A stretch of 64,000 bases of DNA from Cyanophora paradoxa CCMP329 (GCA_004431415.1 QPMI01000469.1:186001-250000), one strand, 5' to 3'; counted from the stretch's first letter, positions 14,727-26,875 are shown. Program-made: numbers and translations. Notes: a model not told the origin generated them from the sequence alone.

Positions 14727-15026
14727 CCGCCCCTCCCCGATCCGCTCCCCGCTCCCCCCACGTCCTCGCAGTCTAGCCACGTTCATTCATGCCGTCTTGA
14801 TTGCATGCGCGCGCACACTCCGGCCGATCCGCCCAAGGCTCAGGATGCATAGCGCGATCGGGCCGCGCCTGATCGCAACGTCGACACGAACAGTCCATAG
14901 ATAATTATCATATACACGCGTTAAGCACTACATGAAACGAATATTAATGGGAGCGCTGCACATGCCATGCGCACGAGGGTGTGTGGGGGGGCCGGCGGGG
15001 CGGGGGGCGGGGGCGGGGCCTGGAGC

Positions 15027-16634
15027 TCAGATGCGGAGGGAGCGGGGGGCGGAGGGGGCGGAGGGTGCGTTGGAGCCGAGGGAGACGGCGTCGTCGAGGG
15101 CGCCGCTGGCGGAAGTGCGGCGGATGGAGATCGAGCGGGAGTCGACGCGGCGCGGGGGCGCCTTGCGGGCCGCCCCCGTGGACTCTGCGGAGAGGCAGCC
15201 GGCGCCGACGACGGCGAGGAGGCTCCGCACGAGGCCGCCCACGAAGGAGGGCGCCTCGGCGCTCAGCGAGGGCCGCCGCGCCGAGCGCAGGAGCCCCGCC
15301 TCGGAGCCCTCCTCGGCCCCCGCGGGGGCCCGCCGCAGCATCCCCCCCGCCCCCTCTGCCCCCGACCGGTGAGCCCGGGCGGGGCGGCGGGGCGGGCTGG
15401 AGGGCGCACGGGGTGCGGAGTAGACGGAGCTGCGGGCGTCCCGCACGACGCTCGCCCCGGCGCCCGAGAACGATGCGGCCGCCCACACCGCCCCCGCCTC
15501 CACACGCGCCTCCTCCCGCCCCGCCTCCGCCCGCGCCGGCAGCGCCGCCGGCACGGCCGTCAGCGATTCCGATGACACCGGTAGCTTCGTCACTGTCTCC
15601 GCCGGTCCCCCTGAGGGGCAGTACACGAGCTGGAGGTGCAGCTTGCCGCCCTGCCCGCGCCCGCGGCCGTCGCGGTCGAGCCCCACCCAGAGGTTCGCGC
15701 TCTGCGGGGCGGTGAGGGGCGGCGGGGCGGGCGGGGCCGGGCGGGGCGGGGGCGGCACCCTGTGGACGCCGTTCTGGACGAAGATCTCGAAGTCGACGGC
15801 GACGGCGCCGACGAGGGCGCCCGTGTTGATGTCGAAGAGCTGGATCCGCACCATCGGCTCCAGCCGCTTCAGCCGGAACTCGAAGGAGAAGACTGCGCGA
15901 CGCCGTCAGCCCCGCCCCGCCCCGCTGGCGCGCGGGCGGCGCGCCTTGCGTGTCCTCCCACACCCAGCACGCCTGCTGCCGGTCGAAGGAGGAGGGCGCC
16001 GACACGAACATCTTCCCCGCCACCTCGAGCTTCACGTCTGCGCCGCCCGCTCGGCCCCCGCCCCGCCCCGCCCCGGGAGCGCTCGCGCACATGGGAAGAG
16101 TTTGCTCGGCGCCCCCGGCAGCTCGATGTCCCGCGCCGCCAGCAACCGCACCAGCAGCTGCGCGCGCGTCAGGCCCAAGCATCCGCACGAGCGCACGTTA
16201 TCAACGCAAACCTGCGCCTTGCTGCCAGAGCTCTTGCTTTCGTGCTTGGAGGACGACTGCAGGGAGTCCTGGCTAGCAATCTTCTTGTCGCTCGTCTTGC
16301 GGGACTTCTTGGGCGTGTCGGCGTTGTTGCGCAGGCTCAGGCTCGTCTCGTCGTGATCCAGCTGCGTGCTTGAACCGAGCACGCCGAGTGTCGGGGCCAT
16401 GTACTTCACCGATGTCGGAGCGCTTATAACGCTGGAGCCAGCGGACCTCGGCGCCCGAATCGCGCTCGTGAGCAGCTTCCCATCGATAGGCTGGCTCGCC
16501 GCCGAGAGAGTATCTGTGCTTCCGATGCGCGACACGCCTGCCGCTGCGCGAGCGAGTTGCCCGCTGCCGTCCGAGTTATCACCCCAGCTAATCTTGCGAT
16601 CGACCAGACGCGGCGGGGCCAGCTTCGTTGCCAT
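15027..16634 (-). CDS. C2-domain protein, paralogue A
   Basis: Spliced: LLVRLLAARDIELPGAPSKLFP|YVKLEVAGKMFVSAPS..WVWEDTQ|VFSFEFRLKRLEPMVRIQLFDINTGALVGAVAVDF..GGKLHLQLVY, a C2 beta-sandwich pattern. Ser-rich N-terminus. Confidence 0.75.
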
Positions 16635-18272
16635 TGTAGTCGTTGAAAAGACGGAGCGCTCACTGTGCCGAGCCTTCGTCAATCGGCCACTGCCAGGCTG
16701 CAAGCAAGGCTGCCGAGAATCTTTCCAACTGCCGCCGACCTCCTACACGGTCCTCTTTTCAACCGGATCGCAGCGCGAAGCTGTCTTTTCAATGGGATCT
16801 CTCCTCGACTTCGCGACGACCGGCTCTCGGATACCAGCCTGCATGCGCAGCTGCAGTGCAGCGGCTCCTGCAGCGCTGCTGCTGCAGCTGCAAGAGAGAG
16901 AGGGAGGGAGGGAGAGAGAGAGAGAAGCCAACGGACGCAAGCCTTCTTGAACTCCACGGAGGAGTTTGGGCTCGAGGCTCGAGGCCGCGGGAACTATACC
17001 CCCCAACCCCGAACGCCGCGGAACGCGTCGTCGCGACTACTGCTGAGCTCGCAATGAGCACGCAGCGCCGCGGCACCGGTCGCGCCTGCTGATGTGTCCA
17101 GGCGCCCGCTGCCCGGTCATCAACTAACGCGATCTTCGCAAGCTTCGAAACCGGTTCAGTCAAGCTAGCTATAGCGTGCCGCTCTATAAAATGGCTTCGG
17201 CTCAGCATCAGCATGCGGAGCTGCAGCAGGCCGAGCCCAACGCCCAGTCAGCGCTGCGAGACCTTCGTCTTCGTATGTCTGGGTGGAGCCCACAAAACTC
17301 CAGCAACGGTTCAGACACGAAGGCAACCACTGTTCCGGAGACGCTGTCCGAGAGCACGAGAGGAGCCCTCGTTCAGTCGGGCGCGCCGGCGAAAACTCCG
17401 GCAGCTCCTGAGGCGAGGCCATCGGCGCTTCGAGCGGCTACCAAGAACACTTCCAACGGAAGCAATCATGTTGGCGTCCCAACGATAGCCGTGCTCAGGC
17501 CCAGCTTCACCAGCGGGGGCGGGCAGCCCGAGGACGAGCTGAGCATCAGCGTGCGGAACAACGCCGACACGCCGAAGAAGTCTCGGGAGCACCGCGCGAC
17601 ATCGCGCGAGCGAAGGCACAGCCACGGCTCATCGCATGGCTCCTCCAGAGGCGAAGGGAGCTCCTCGCGGACCAGGGCGCAAGTGCGCCGCTTCGCGCAT
17701 GACTGGGGCGCGGGCCTCACGCGCGCGCAGCTGCTGGTGCGGTTGCTGGCGGCGCGGGACATCGAGCTGCCGGGGGCGCCGAGCAAACTCTTCCCATGTG
17801 CGCGAGCGCTCCGGGGGCGGGGCGGGGCGGGGGCCGAGCGGGCGGCGCAGACGTGAAGCTCGAGGTGGCGGGGAAGATGTTCGTGTCGGCGCCCTCCTCC
17901 TTCGACCGGCAGCAGGCGTGCTGGGTGTGGGAGGACACGCAAGGCGCGCCGCCCGCGCGCCAGCGGGGCGGGCGGGGCTGACGGCGTCGCGCAGTCTTCT
18001 CCTTCGAGTTCCGGCTGAAGCGGCTGGAGCCGATGGTGCGGATCCAGCTCTTCGACATCAACACGGGCGCCCTCGTCGGCGCCGTCGCCGTCGACTTCGA
18101 GATCTTCGTCCAGAACGGCGTCCACAGGGTGCCGCCCCCGCCCCGCCCGGCCCCGCCCGCCCCGCCGCCCCTCACCGCCCCGCAGAGCGCGAACCTCTGG
18201 GTGGGGCTCGACCGCGAGGGCCGGGGGCGCGGGCAGGGCGGCAAGCTGCACCTCCAGCTCGTGTACTGCCCC
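15615..18272. repeat. Large inverted repeat: 15615-16169 versus 17719-18272
   Basis: About 555 bp of near-identical reverse-complement sequence, including three introns. Confidence 0.9.
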
Positions 18273-18902
18273 CTGGGAGGGAAAGCGCAGGCGGTCGCGA
18301 AGCTTCCCGTCTCGTCGGAGGCGCTGGCGGCGCTGTCGGCGGCGCCGCCCGAGAGTGCGCGGGAGGAGGGGCGGGGCGAGGGGGGGGCCGGCGTCTGGGC
18401 GACCGCGTCGTTCTCGGGCGCCGGGGCGCACGTCGTGCGGGACGCCCGCACGCCGCTCGCCGCCGCACGCTGTGAGCCACGACCCGCGCCGCCTCTCGCG
18501 CCGCCCTGACCCCGCGCGGCAGACGCGGCGGCGCTGGAGCCGGGGCAGGCGGCGTCGGGGGCGTCGGGGGCGTGGCCGGCAGTGGCGCGCCGGAGCGAGG
18601 CTTCGGTGATCTCGCCGGCGCGGCTGCCGGCCCCGCTCCCGTCGCCGCGGGGGGAGTCGCTCGGCGATCGCCTCGGGCGCTTCCTGACGAACCTCTTCGC
18701 GTGCGGCGGCTGCCTCGTGGCGGAGCGTGGGGAGCGGGGGGAGCGGGGGGAGCGGGGCGGGGAGATGCCGCGGCAGGGGCCGCGGCGCGTGGACTCGCGG
18801 ACGGTGGCCGTGCGGCGCAGCTCGCTCCGCTCCGGCGACCGCTCCGACGTCCTCTCCCTCGGCTCCGCCGCCCCCTCCCACACCCGCTCCCTCCGCATCT
18901 GA
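17191..18902 (+). CDS. C2-domain protein, paralogue B (head-to-head with A)
   Basis: Same C2 exons and introns as paralogue A. Shares RNNADTPKKSR and the C-terminal PRRVDSR..RSLRI*. Confidence 0.75.
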
Positions 18903-19407
18903 CCCCGCCACCGCCCCGCCTCCCCCGCCCGCAGCAGCGCGACCGCCCCCGCCCCATCCCCCGAGCTGCACGGACCGCCCACGCCCCGCGATCAGATAGT
19001 TCGCCCGCGCCCGCGCCCGCTTCCCTGCTTCGCATTACGTACCCTACCTGCATCGCCGCAGCAGCAGTCCTGTCGATACGTACCGTGTCAACGGTTTCTT
19101 TAAATTTATATGTAGTGTAATGAGCCTTTCCAAGAGTATTATGCTCACGTAGCCTTATTCAGTGTATTTTTTTGCAGACATAGCCTTAATCAGTGTATTG
19201 TTGCTCAAAGAGTACGTTCCAACTAGTAAATCAAGCTTGCGAACTGCAATTTCAGCCTGTTTTCAATATCTAGCTTCAAAAATTATATCGACTGCGAAAT
19301 GTATCTACATTGTCCGCTCAGCGTCCCTCCCCCGCGCACGCGCGCGGCCGGCGGCAGGCAAGGAGGAGCTACGTGGAAAGAAAGAGTGCGGGGGGGCGGG
19401 GCGGGGG

Positions 19408-22112
19408 CTAGAGCTGGATGCCGAGGAGGCAGGCGTGGCCCTCGTCGTCGTCGGCGGCGCCGCCTTCGGGGGCCCCCTCCTCGTCCAGCGAGCGCAGCAG
19501 CTGGTTCATCATCTTCTCGGCTGCCCGCACCCCCGCCATCAGCTGGTCCCGGTCGCTCCCCGCCGTGATGCGGCGCTTGCCGCCGGCCAGCTGCCAGGTG
19601 ACCTGGACCTCGACGACGGCGTCCGCGCCCTCGGCGTCCACCTCGAGGACGCGCACCTCGTAGGCCACCGGCTTCGGGAAGGCCACCCCCAGGCACCCCG
19701 CGAAGCTCCCCAGCGCGTTGATGTACGCCGCGAAGCCCCCGACGCCGCCGGCCTCCACCCGGTAGCGCTTCCCCCGGTACCCCACCTCGATGGACGCCAC
19801 GCTCTCCCCCGCCAGCACCGACGTCACCGACACGTTGTGCATCTGCCGCCCCGCTCAGCGCCCCGGCGGCGCGGCGGGGCGGGGGACGGCGCTGGGGCGG
19901 ACCACGACGAAGTCCTTGCTGCCGAGCCCGAAGAGCTCGTGGATGCTGCGCCCCGCTCAGCCCCGCGACGCGCGGCGCGTGCGAGGCGCGAGGCGGACAT
20001 CTGGGGGAGGTCGCCGGCGGTGACGGTGTGCTTCTGGCCGCCGAGCTCCTTGATGCGCTCGAGGAGGCGCTTCTCCTGGTCGGCGTCCAGCGAGATCCCC
20101 AGCTCCGCCAGGTTCAGCGAGAGCGAGGCCTGCCGCCCCGCCCCGCTGAGCCGCCCCGCCGCCCCGCCCCCGCCCCGCGGCGCACCTTGCCGGCGAGCTT
20201 GCCGAGGGCGAAGACGCGGTCGCGCCCGAAGCGCTCCGGGGCCAGGTCCGAGGAGTAGAGGCCGCCCTTCTTGTCGCCGTCGGCGTGGATGCCGGCGGTG
20301 TGCGTGTACACGTCCTTGCCGACGATCGGCGCGTTGTGCGGGATGCGGCGTCCCGAGAAGGCCTCCACCAGCTGGCAAGCGTGCACCAGCTCCTTGTCGT
20401 CCACCCCCGTGTGCATCCCTGCACCCCCGCCCCGCCCCGCCTCAGCCGGCCCCGCGGCAGCCGGCGGGGGGCGGGGCGGGGGGGCGGGGCCGGGGGCGGG
20501 CCGAGCTTGTCCTGGAGGCAGGTGACGAGGGTCTCGAGGCAGGTGTTGCCGGTGCGCTCGCCGAGCCCGTTCAGCGTCGCGTGCACGCCCCGCGCCCCCG
20601 CCTTCACCGCCTGCAGCGCGTTCGCCACCGCCCTGCCCCCCAGCCCGCCCCCGCGTGAGCCCGGCGGGAGAGTCGCTGGCGGGGGCGGGGCCGGGGGGGC
20701 GCACAGGCCGTAGTCGTTGTGGCCGTGGAACTCGAGGAAGAGGAGCGGGTGCCTCGCCATGATGTCCGCCACGCCGGCCCGCACCTCCTCCGGCTCCATG
20801 ATCCCCAGCGTGTCCTGCCCCGTCCACCCCCAGCTCAGCGGCCAGCCCCGGGGCCGGGCGCCGGGGGACGCGCGGCGTACGGGGAGGATGACGCGGCGGA
20901 TGGGGAGCTTGACGAGCTCGTCGACCATCTCCCGCACGTAGTCGTTCTCGTGCAGGAAGCCGTAGGACCAGTCCTCCAGATACACCTGGCCCCGCCCTCA
21001 GCGGCAGCGGCGGCGGCGGCGGAGGTGGGCGGGTCCGGCGAGCGGGGCGCGCGCACGTTGACGTCCATACCGCGCTTCTCGACGGCGTGCTCGACGGTGC
21101 GCGCAATGTCGTCCAAGTGCTCCCGCGGCGTCTTCCGCAGTTGCCGCTCGCAGTGCCGCCGCGAGCCCTTCGTCAGCAGGTTGATCGTCCGCCCCCCGGC
21201 CTCGTAGATCCAGTCGGGCGAGGCCGTGTGGTCACAGAAGCCCAGCATCTCCACCCGGCGCTGGAAGCCGGCCTTCTCCGCCCACTGCAGCACGCTCGTC
21301 ACCGCACGCTGCTCCTGCGGCGAGACACGCGCGCTTGCGATCTCGACCCGGTCCACGCCCAGCCGCTCCAGCAGGAATTTCGCGAGGAAGAGTTTCTCAG
21401 ATCCGGAGAAGGACACCGCGTGCGTCTGCTCGCCATCCCTTAGAGTAGTGTCCTGCAGCCGCGATTAGATACGCCAAAGTTGATGCCGCAACCGGATGCA
21501 TGTTCGCGCCGCACCATGATCTCTATGTGCCGCGGAGGCCTGTTGGTCTTCTCGGCTTGCAGCTTCGACGCCGCGCTGACGTCCTCCACGGCAAACGACG
21601 CGTCATCCTGAGCTTGGACGGCCTCTGCGGAGGTGGGCGTGAGCTCCGGGGTGACCTCGAGCGTGTCCCTAGGATTATCTGGCCGCGATTCGAGGTGTGT
21701 GTGGAGCGAATCGGCAGCGGGCAAACATCGACGGCGCATATCTAGCACTCTCTCTCCGGAGCTAGAGCAATCACACACAAGCAGCTCGGGCAGGTCGCCG
21801 GCACGCGATCAACCGGCCAATCTAACACTTAAAGAGGCAGGCTCGGCAGCAGACGGAGGGCGTCGGAGGCTAACCTTGCGTGGAATAGGGCCGCGAGACG
21901 CTGATGTCCTCCGCCTTCAGCGAGAACTGTGCGTCGCCCCCGGAGCGGACGTGAAACTGCCGCCGTGGAACTGAGCCGCGTACGCCATGGCTGGATGACC
22001 AGGAGACGTCCCGCTTGCAGCTGATGGAAGAGCCAAGTGCTGCGCCGCGCTGTGCGGACCCACGCGATGACGAACTCTGAAGTCCGACGGGCGGCGAGGC
22101 CACGAACGCCAT
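19408..22112 (-). CDS. cimA: (R)-citramalate synthase, Leptospira/Bacteroidetes type (DRE-TIM + LeuA-type regulatory domain), with plastid transit peptide
   Basis: DTTLRDGEQ..SFSGSEKLFLAKFLLERLGVDRVEIASARVS..EMLGF..NLLTKGS..VYLEDWS..DTLG..EFHGHNDYGL..NGLGERTGN..TAGIHADGDKKG..PERFGR..ALGKLAGKAS..AAEKMMNQ matches my recollection of L. interrogans CimA along its whole length. The N-terminus MAFVASPPVGLQSSSSR.. is Ser/Arg-rich. Confidence 0.88.
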
Positions 22113-22280
22113 GACTGGATGATGCGTGCGCGCCACGAACGAGGCCACTGAACGAACACGGCGGCTGCGGTACGGGCGGACGGAGGTGCTGGTGGGGGGG
22201 ATGAAGTGAAAGGGCTACAGCACTTCCTTAAAAAAAAGAAGCTGCGAGCAAACGCTTCTCGCCAAGCGCTGCGGACCAGG

Positions 22281-24452
22281 ATGCTCGCCTTTCCGCCGGG
22301 CTCCTTGCAGACGGGCCCAGCTCCGCCGGAGCTCATGCTTCGGTGCGCGACGTCCGGCGACTCTTGCTCCGGAACGAGCACTGTTGCCGCTGCGCTCTTT
22401 GACAATTTCATCCCAGCGTTGACGTGCACGAGCTGCGGCGCCTGGCGGTCGAGCTAGATTTCGACTGGATGGCGGTCAGCGAGCGCACTGGTGGGCGCCG
22501 GGCACTCCTGCTCTGCGCCACACCTGTCGCATCTGAAATCCGTGCGCGGTCAGGGCTTCACCCTCTCGAATGCCGCCGCGTGTGGTACCAGCTGGAGTCC
22601 ACCGACTCGCTGCAATGGTGCTGTGCATTTCTTTCCGCGGCCGCACACCGCCGATGGGTCGCGCAGCGGGAGCGCGCAGTCGACGCCGCGCTCGACGCCG
22701 CGGTCCACGCCGCGGGAGCTGAGCACGCCGCGCGAGCTGACGCCGCGCACGCCGCGGACGGCTTCGGGCCCCTCGGCCCTCCCGCAGCTCCAGCACGTGT
22801 TCCCCGGGGCCCCCGTCGCTGCCGACGTGCCCCCGTCGCCGACCCGCATCCGGCGCCAGAACTCGGTGCGCTGGGACGAGCAGCGTCCGTGCGGGGCGCG
22901 TGTCGAGCCCGCGGCAGGTGTCCCTGGGCCAGCCGGGCGCTTCGCGGCCGCCTGCGTCGGCGCCGGTGGCGGTGCCGGGGGCGGGGCTCGGGGGGGACCT
23001 GCGGGCGCCCGGGGTGCTTTACAGCAGCAGCCCGACGACGCCGCGCACCTCCGTCCTCACCTCCGCCTCCGTGCGCCGCCCCGCCCCAGGCCCCGCCCCG
23101 CAACCGCCGAGCCGCGCGGCAGGCCTCGGCCTCGTCGTCGCTGCAGCACTCGCCGTTCGGGCTGGGGCGCGGGGGCCCGTCGCCGACGCTGCAGCAGCAC
23201 GCGGCGCTGCACCAGGGCGAGCTCGCATCGCTCGCCCTAGACAGCACCCTCGCCCGTATCCAGCACGAGATCGCCGCCCACCACCTCGCCCCCGCCCCCT
23301 CCTCCCCGGCCCGCTTCCCCGCTCCCCTCCCTCCTCGCCTCCTCCGGCCGCGGCACCCCATCGCCTGCCCAGCCCGCCCCTCCCGTCCCCACCCGCCCCG
23401 TACGCGCCCCTCGTCGTGCCTTCGATGGCCCCCGCGGGGCCGGGGCGACGGCGGGCCGGGCGGCCCCGCGGCGCCGGCGGGGCAGGTGGCGGGGCCGGCG
23501 CTGCGTACCTCGGGGCCGGGCTTCCGCTCCCCGCTGAAGGGCCGCTCGGGGCCCGAGGCAGCCCCCGCTTCCCCATCGACCCCGACGGGGCCCCCCGCTC
23601 GCCCACCGCCGCCCGCCGCCCGCCCTCCGCCGGCCCCCGCAGGCCCTCCTCCGGGGCTCCCGCCTCCCTGCAGCGGCGGCCTCCGGCGAGGCGGCGGCGG
23701 GGTGCGTGGCGGCGGGCCTCGGGGCGGCTGGGCGTGACGGCGGGGCGCAGGGGCGAGGAGGCGCCGGGGGAGCTGTGGGAGGCGGAGGATGCGGAGGAGC
23801 TGAGCCCGCGGGGCTCCCAGGAGGACGACGAGCCGGCGTTCCTGCCCCCGTCCCCCGCCCGCCCCGCAGGGCCCGCCCCGCCCCGCCCGCGGCCGCCATC
23901 CCGTCCGCCACCTCGCCGCCCTCCGCGCCGGCCGCCTCGCCGCCGGCGGGCCCCGGGCGGGCCCTCTCAGGTGCGGCTCCCGCGCCCTCTCACTGCGCGG
24001 GGGGCGACGTGCCGCCGCAGACGCGACGGACTCGGAGGACAACGGCCTCTCCGGTGCGGCCAGCGCAGCGCGGGGCGGGGCCGGGGCGGACCGGGGCGGG
24101 CGCTCTGAGCGTCCGGGGCAGACTCGTCGGTGTCGGGCTCGGCGCTGGAGGCGGCCTTCATGTCCATGACCTTGGCCGCCTCCGCACTCCCCGCCGCCCC
24201 CGCCCCCGCCCTCTCCAGGCCCGTCCCCGCCCTACCGCTCCCCACGGCTACGCACCCGCGCCGCCGTCGTCGTTCGCCTCTCACGCCCCCCGCAGCGCCG
24301 TCGGCCACGCCGCGCTCGCCTCTGCAATCGACGCCGGCCGCCGCCTCCGCGCCCGCCTCGCCTCGCAGCCCAATGGCGCCGCCGCAGGCGCCTCGCCAGT
24401 TTCGCCACCTCGCGACGCGTACGGCGACCCGCCCAGCCCGCCGAAGCCTTGA
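22281..24452 (+). CDS. Hypothetical Ser/Pro/Thr-rich low-complexity protein (multi-exon, boundaries uncertain)
   Basis: Exons read STPRSTPRSTPRELSTPRELTPRTPRT (repeated S/T-P-R sites) and LALDSTLARIQHEIAAHH, with splice-like junctions. No recognisable domain. Confidence 0.4.
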
Positions 24453-24617
24453 TCATGAGGTGAAGTTCCGCTCTCCGAGGCTCTCTCCGCTGTAAAGTAG
24501 GTGTAAATCCCGTTGTATGATACGAATTGCCACACAAGAGCGAGCTCTCTGTCACCTTCGAATTTGAATTCAACACCTTGCGCGGCCCGGGTACGAGGAA
24601 GAAGCTATCGCTTCGAG

Positions 24618-26875
24618 ATGCGTACGCGGCGGACCACGCGCCTTTGCGCGCCGCCGAGTGCTCTGCTGGTGGCGGGCCTGTTGGCCGCCAGCGCCCTGTG
24701 CTGCCTGGCTGCCGGCGCGTCGGACCCCGATGTCCCGTCCTCCGTAGTGATCCTCACCGACAAGAACTTCGACGAGCTCACGGCGACCGGCGCATGGATG
24801 ATCGAGTGAGACCTGTTCGCCGTGCGCGCTGCCGCTGGCTTGGCTGACCCTCGCCATCCAGGTTCTATGCGCCATGGTCCTTCCCCGCCGAACGCACGCC
24901 TTTGAAGCGCGCTGATGCGTAGCAGGTGTGGACATTGCAAGCGTCTGGCTCCGATTTGGGAGTCTGCCGCTTCGCGCTTGGCTGGCAAAGTCAACTTCGC
25001 CAAGATAGACGGGTGCGCCCGACAGCAGCGGCGCGCGGCCGTAACACGGGCTCGTTGTCGACCGAATGAGCGCGCATTGAGCTTCCCGAGCGCGCTCCTG
25101 CCGCGCGCAGCGGGCTGACGGCGGCGGGGCGGCGCGCAGGACGGTGGAGAAGGGCGTGACGGCGCGCTTCAACGTGCGGGCGTACCCGACGATCAAGTTC
25201 ATCCGGGACGGGGACTACGAGCACGCGAAGAACTACAAGGGCGGCCGCACGCTGGAGCGCCTCGAGGAGTACTGCGCCAAGATGCTCGGCCCCGCGACGA
25301 CACACGTCTCCCTCGAGACCTACGAGGCCGCCCGCGCCACCGCCCCCGTCTCCTTCATCCTCCTGCCCCAGAAGCCCGGCAGCACCGCCGAGGTGCCGGC
25401 GCCAGGGCCACGACCGGGGCGGGGGCGGGGCGGGTGTGATGGGGCGGGGGCGGCAGGACGCGTTCTCGCACGTGGCGCGGCACTGGCAAGACACGCACGC
25501 CTTCCTTATCTCGGACGCGCCGGAGCTCTCGCGCAAGCTCCACGCGGGGCCCCTCCCCGCCGTGCTCCTGCTGCGCGACGCCGGGGGCCCGGAGGCCTTC
25601 GACGGGCCCCTCACCAAGGAGGCCCTCGGCCAGTGGGTCAAGGAGAACCGCTTCCCCGTCATCGCCGAGCTCGACGACTACAACTGGCTCGAGCTCACCA
25701 CCGACCTCGGCCCGCCCCCGCCCCCGCCCCCGCCCCCCCCCGCCCCCCCCCGCCGCCCCGCCGCGGTTCGAGCGCCGGTGCAGGGCGGGTGACGGCGGTG
25801 GCCCTCGTGGACCCCGAGAAGCGCGACGAGAGCGCGCGGTGCCCCGGGACGCCGGGCGGGCGGCGGGGGGGGGGCGGGGCTCACGGCGGCTGGCAGGTAC
25901 CTGGACGAGCTGCGCTCCGTCGCCCTCCAGCGCAAGGGCCAGTTCACCTTCGTGCGCCCCGCCCCGCCCGCCCCCCGCCCCGCGCCCCGCATCCCGCCCG
26001 ACGCCCGACGCCCCGCGCAGTGCTCCATGAACGGCCAGAAGTGGAAGGACGTGCGCCGCCCCTCGCGCCCCCGCCGCGCGGGGCGCCGGGCTGGGGTGAC
26101 GGGGGGCAGTACGTGGGGACGTACGGGATCGCGGTGGAGAAGGGCGTCCTCCCCCAGCTCCTCCTCCTCGACATGGCCCGCCCCGCCCCGCCCCGCCCCG
26201 CCCCGCCCCGTTGCCGACGCCGCGCAGTCGCGGGACAAGTACATCTACCGCCCCGACCTCAAGAGCGCCGCTGAGGTGCGCCCCGCCGCGCCCCGCCGGC
26301 ACCCAGCAGGGCCCGTGCGAGGGGCCCGGGCACACCGGGCAGATGGACGCGCTGCTGGGGGAGGTGGCGGCGGGGAAGGCCTCCTTCGCGCGGCGGCCCC
26401 CGCAGGACTTCAACACCCGCCTCGAGTGCGCCCCCGGCCCGCGCCCCGCCCCGCCCCCATTCCTCCGCCCCGCCGACCCCGCCGCCCCCGCCGCCAGGTA
26501 CATCGGCCTCGACGTGAAGGCGAGCCCGCCCAGGGGCGGGGGCCGCCTGCGCGGCGCCTGAGCTCGCCGGCGCAGGACTTCGTGCTCGCGTGGTGGATTC
26601 CCCTTCTAATTCTCTTCGTCGCCCTCAACGTGGTCCGCCCCGCATGCCCCGCCCCCTCGCCCCCCGGCCCCGTGCTAGCGCTCACGCTCGCGTCCCGCGC
26701 TGGCAGCTCGGGGTCTGGTACTGGTGCGCAGAGCTGCCTCCGCCCCCGACGTCGACGTCGACGTGCCTGACCGGCCTCGCGCAGCTGCCTGAGCCCGCCC
26801 GCGCTGGAGCCGAGCCTCGCGGACGAGCTTGTGCGGGAAATGGAGGCCCTCAAGAAGGGCGCCAAGGCCCAGTAG
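24618..26875 (+). CDS. Membrane-anchored protein disulfide isomerase (TMX3/PDIL5-2-like)
   Basis: Signal peptide; VILTDKNFDE..WMIE|FYAPW|CGHCKRLAPIW..FNVRAYPTIKF; two redox-inactive thioredoxin folds; TM helix WWIPLLILFVALNV|LGVWYW; Lys-containing tail ..KKGAKAQ*. Confidence 0.9.

Noticed and set aside
19120-19300. AT-rich spacer with a direct repeat TAGCCTTA(T/A)TCAGTGTATT x2
   Set aside because: Probably a TE remnant or 3' UTR duplication. No termini or other diagnostic features.
19408-22112. Annotation as 2-isopropylmalate synthase (leuA) or homocitrate synthase
   Set aside because: The motifs NLLTKGS, VYLEDWS and HADGDKK fit the Leptospira-type CimA subfamily rather than LeuA (typically EDA.R, HQDG).
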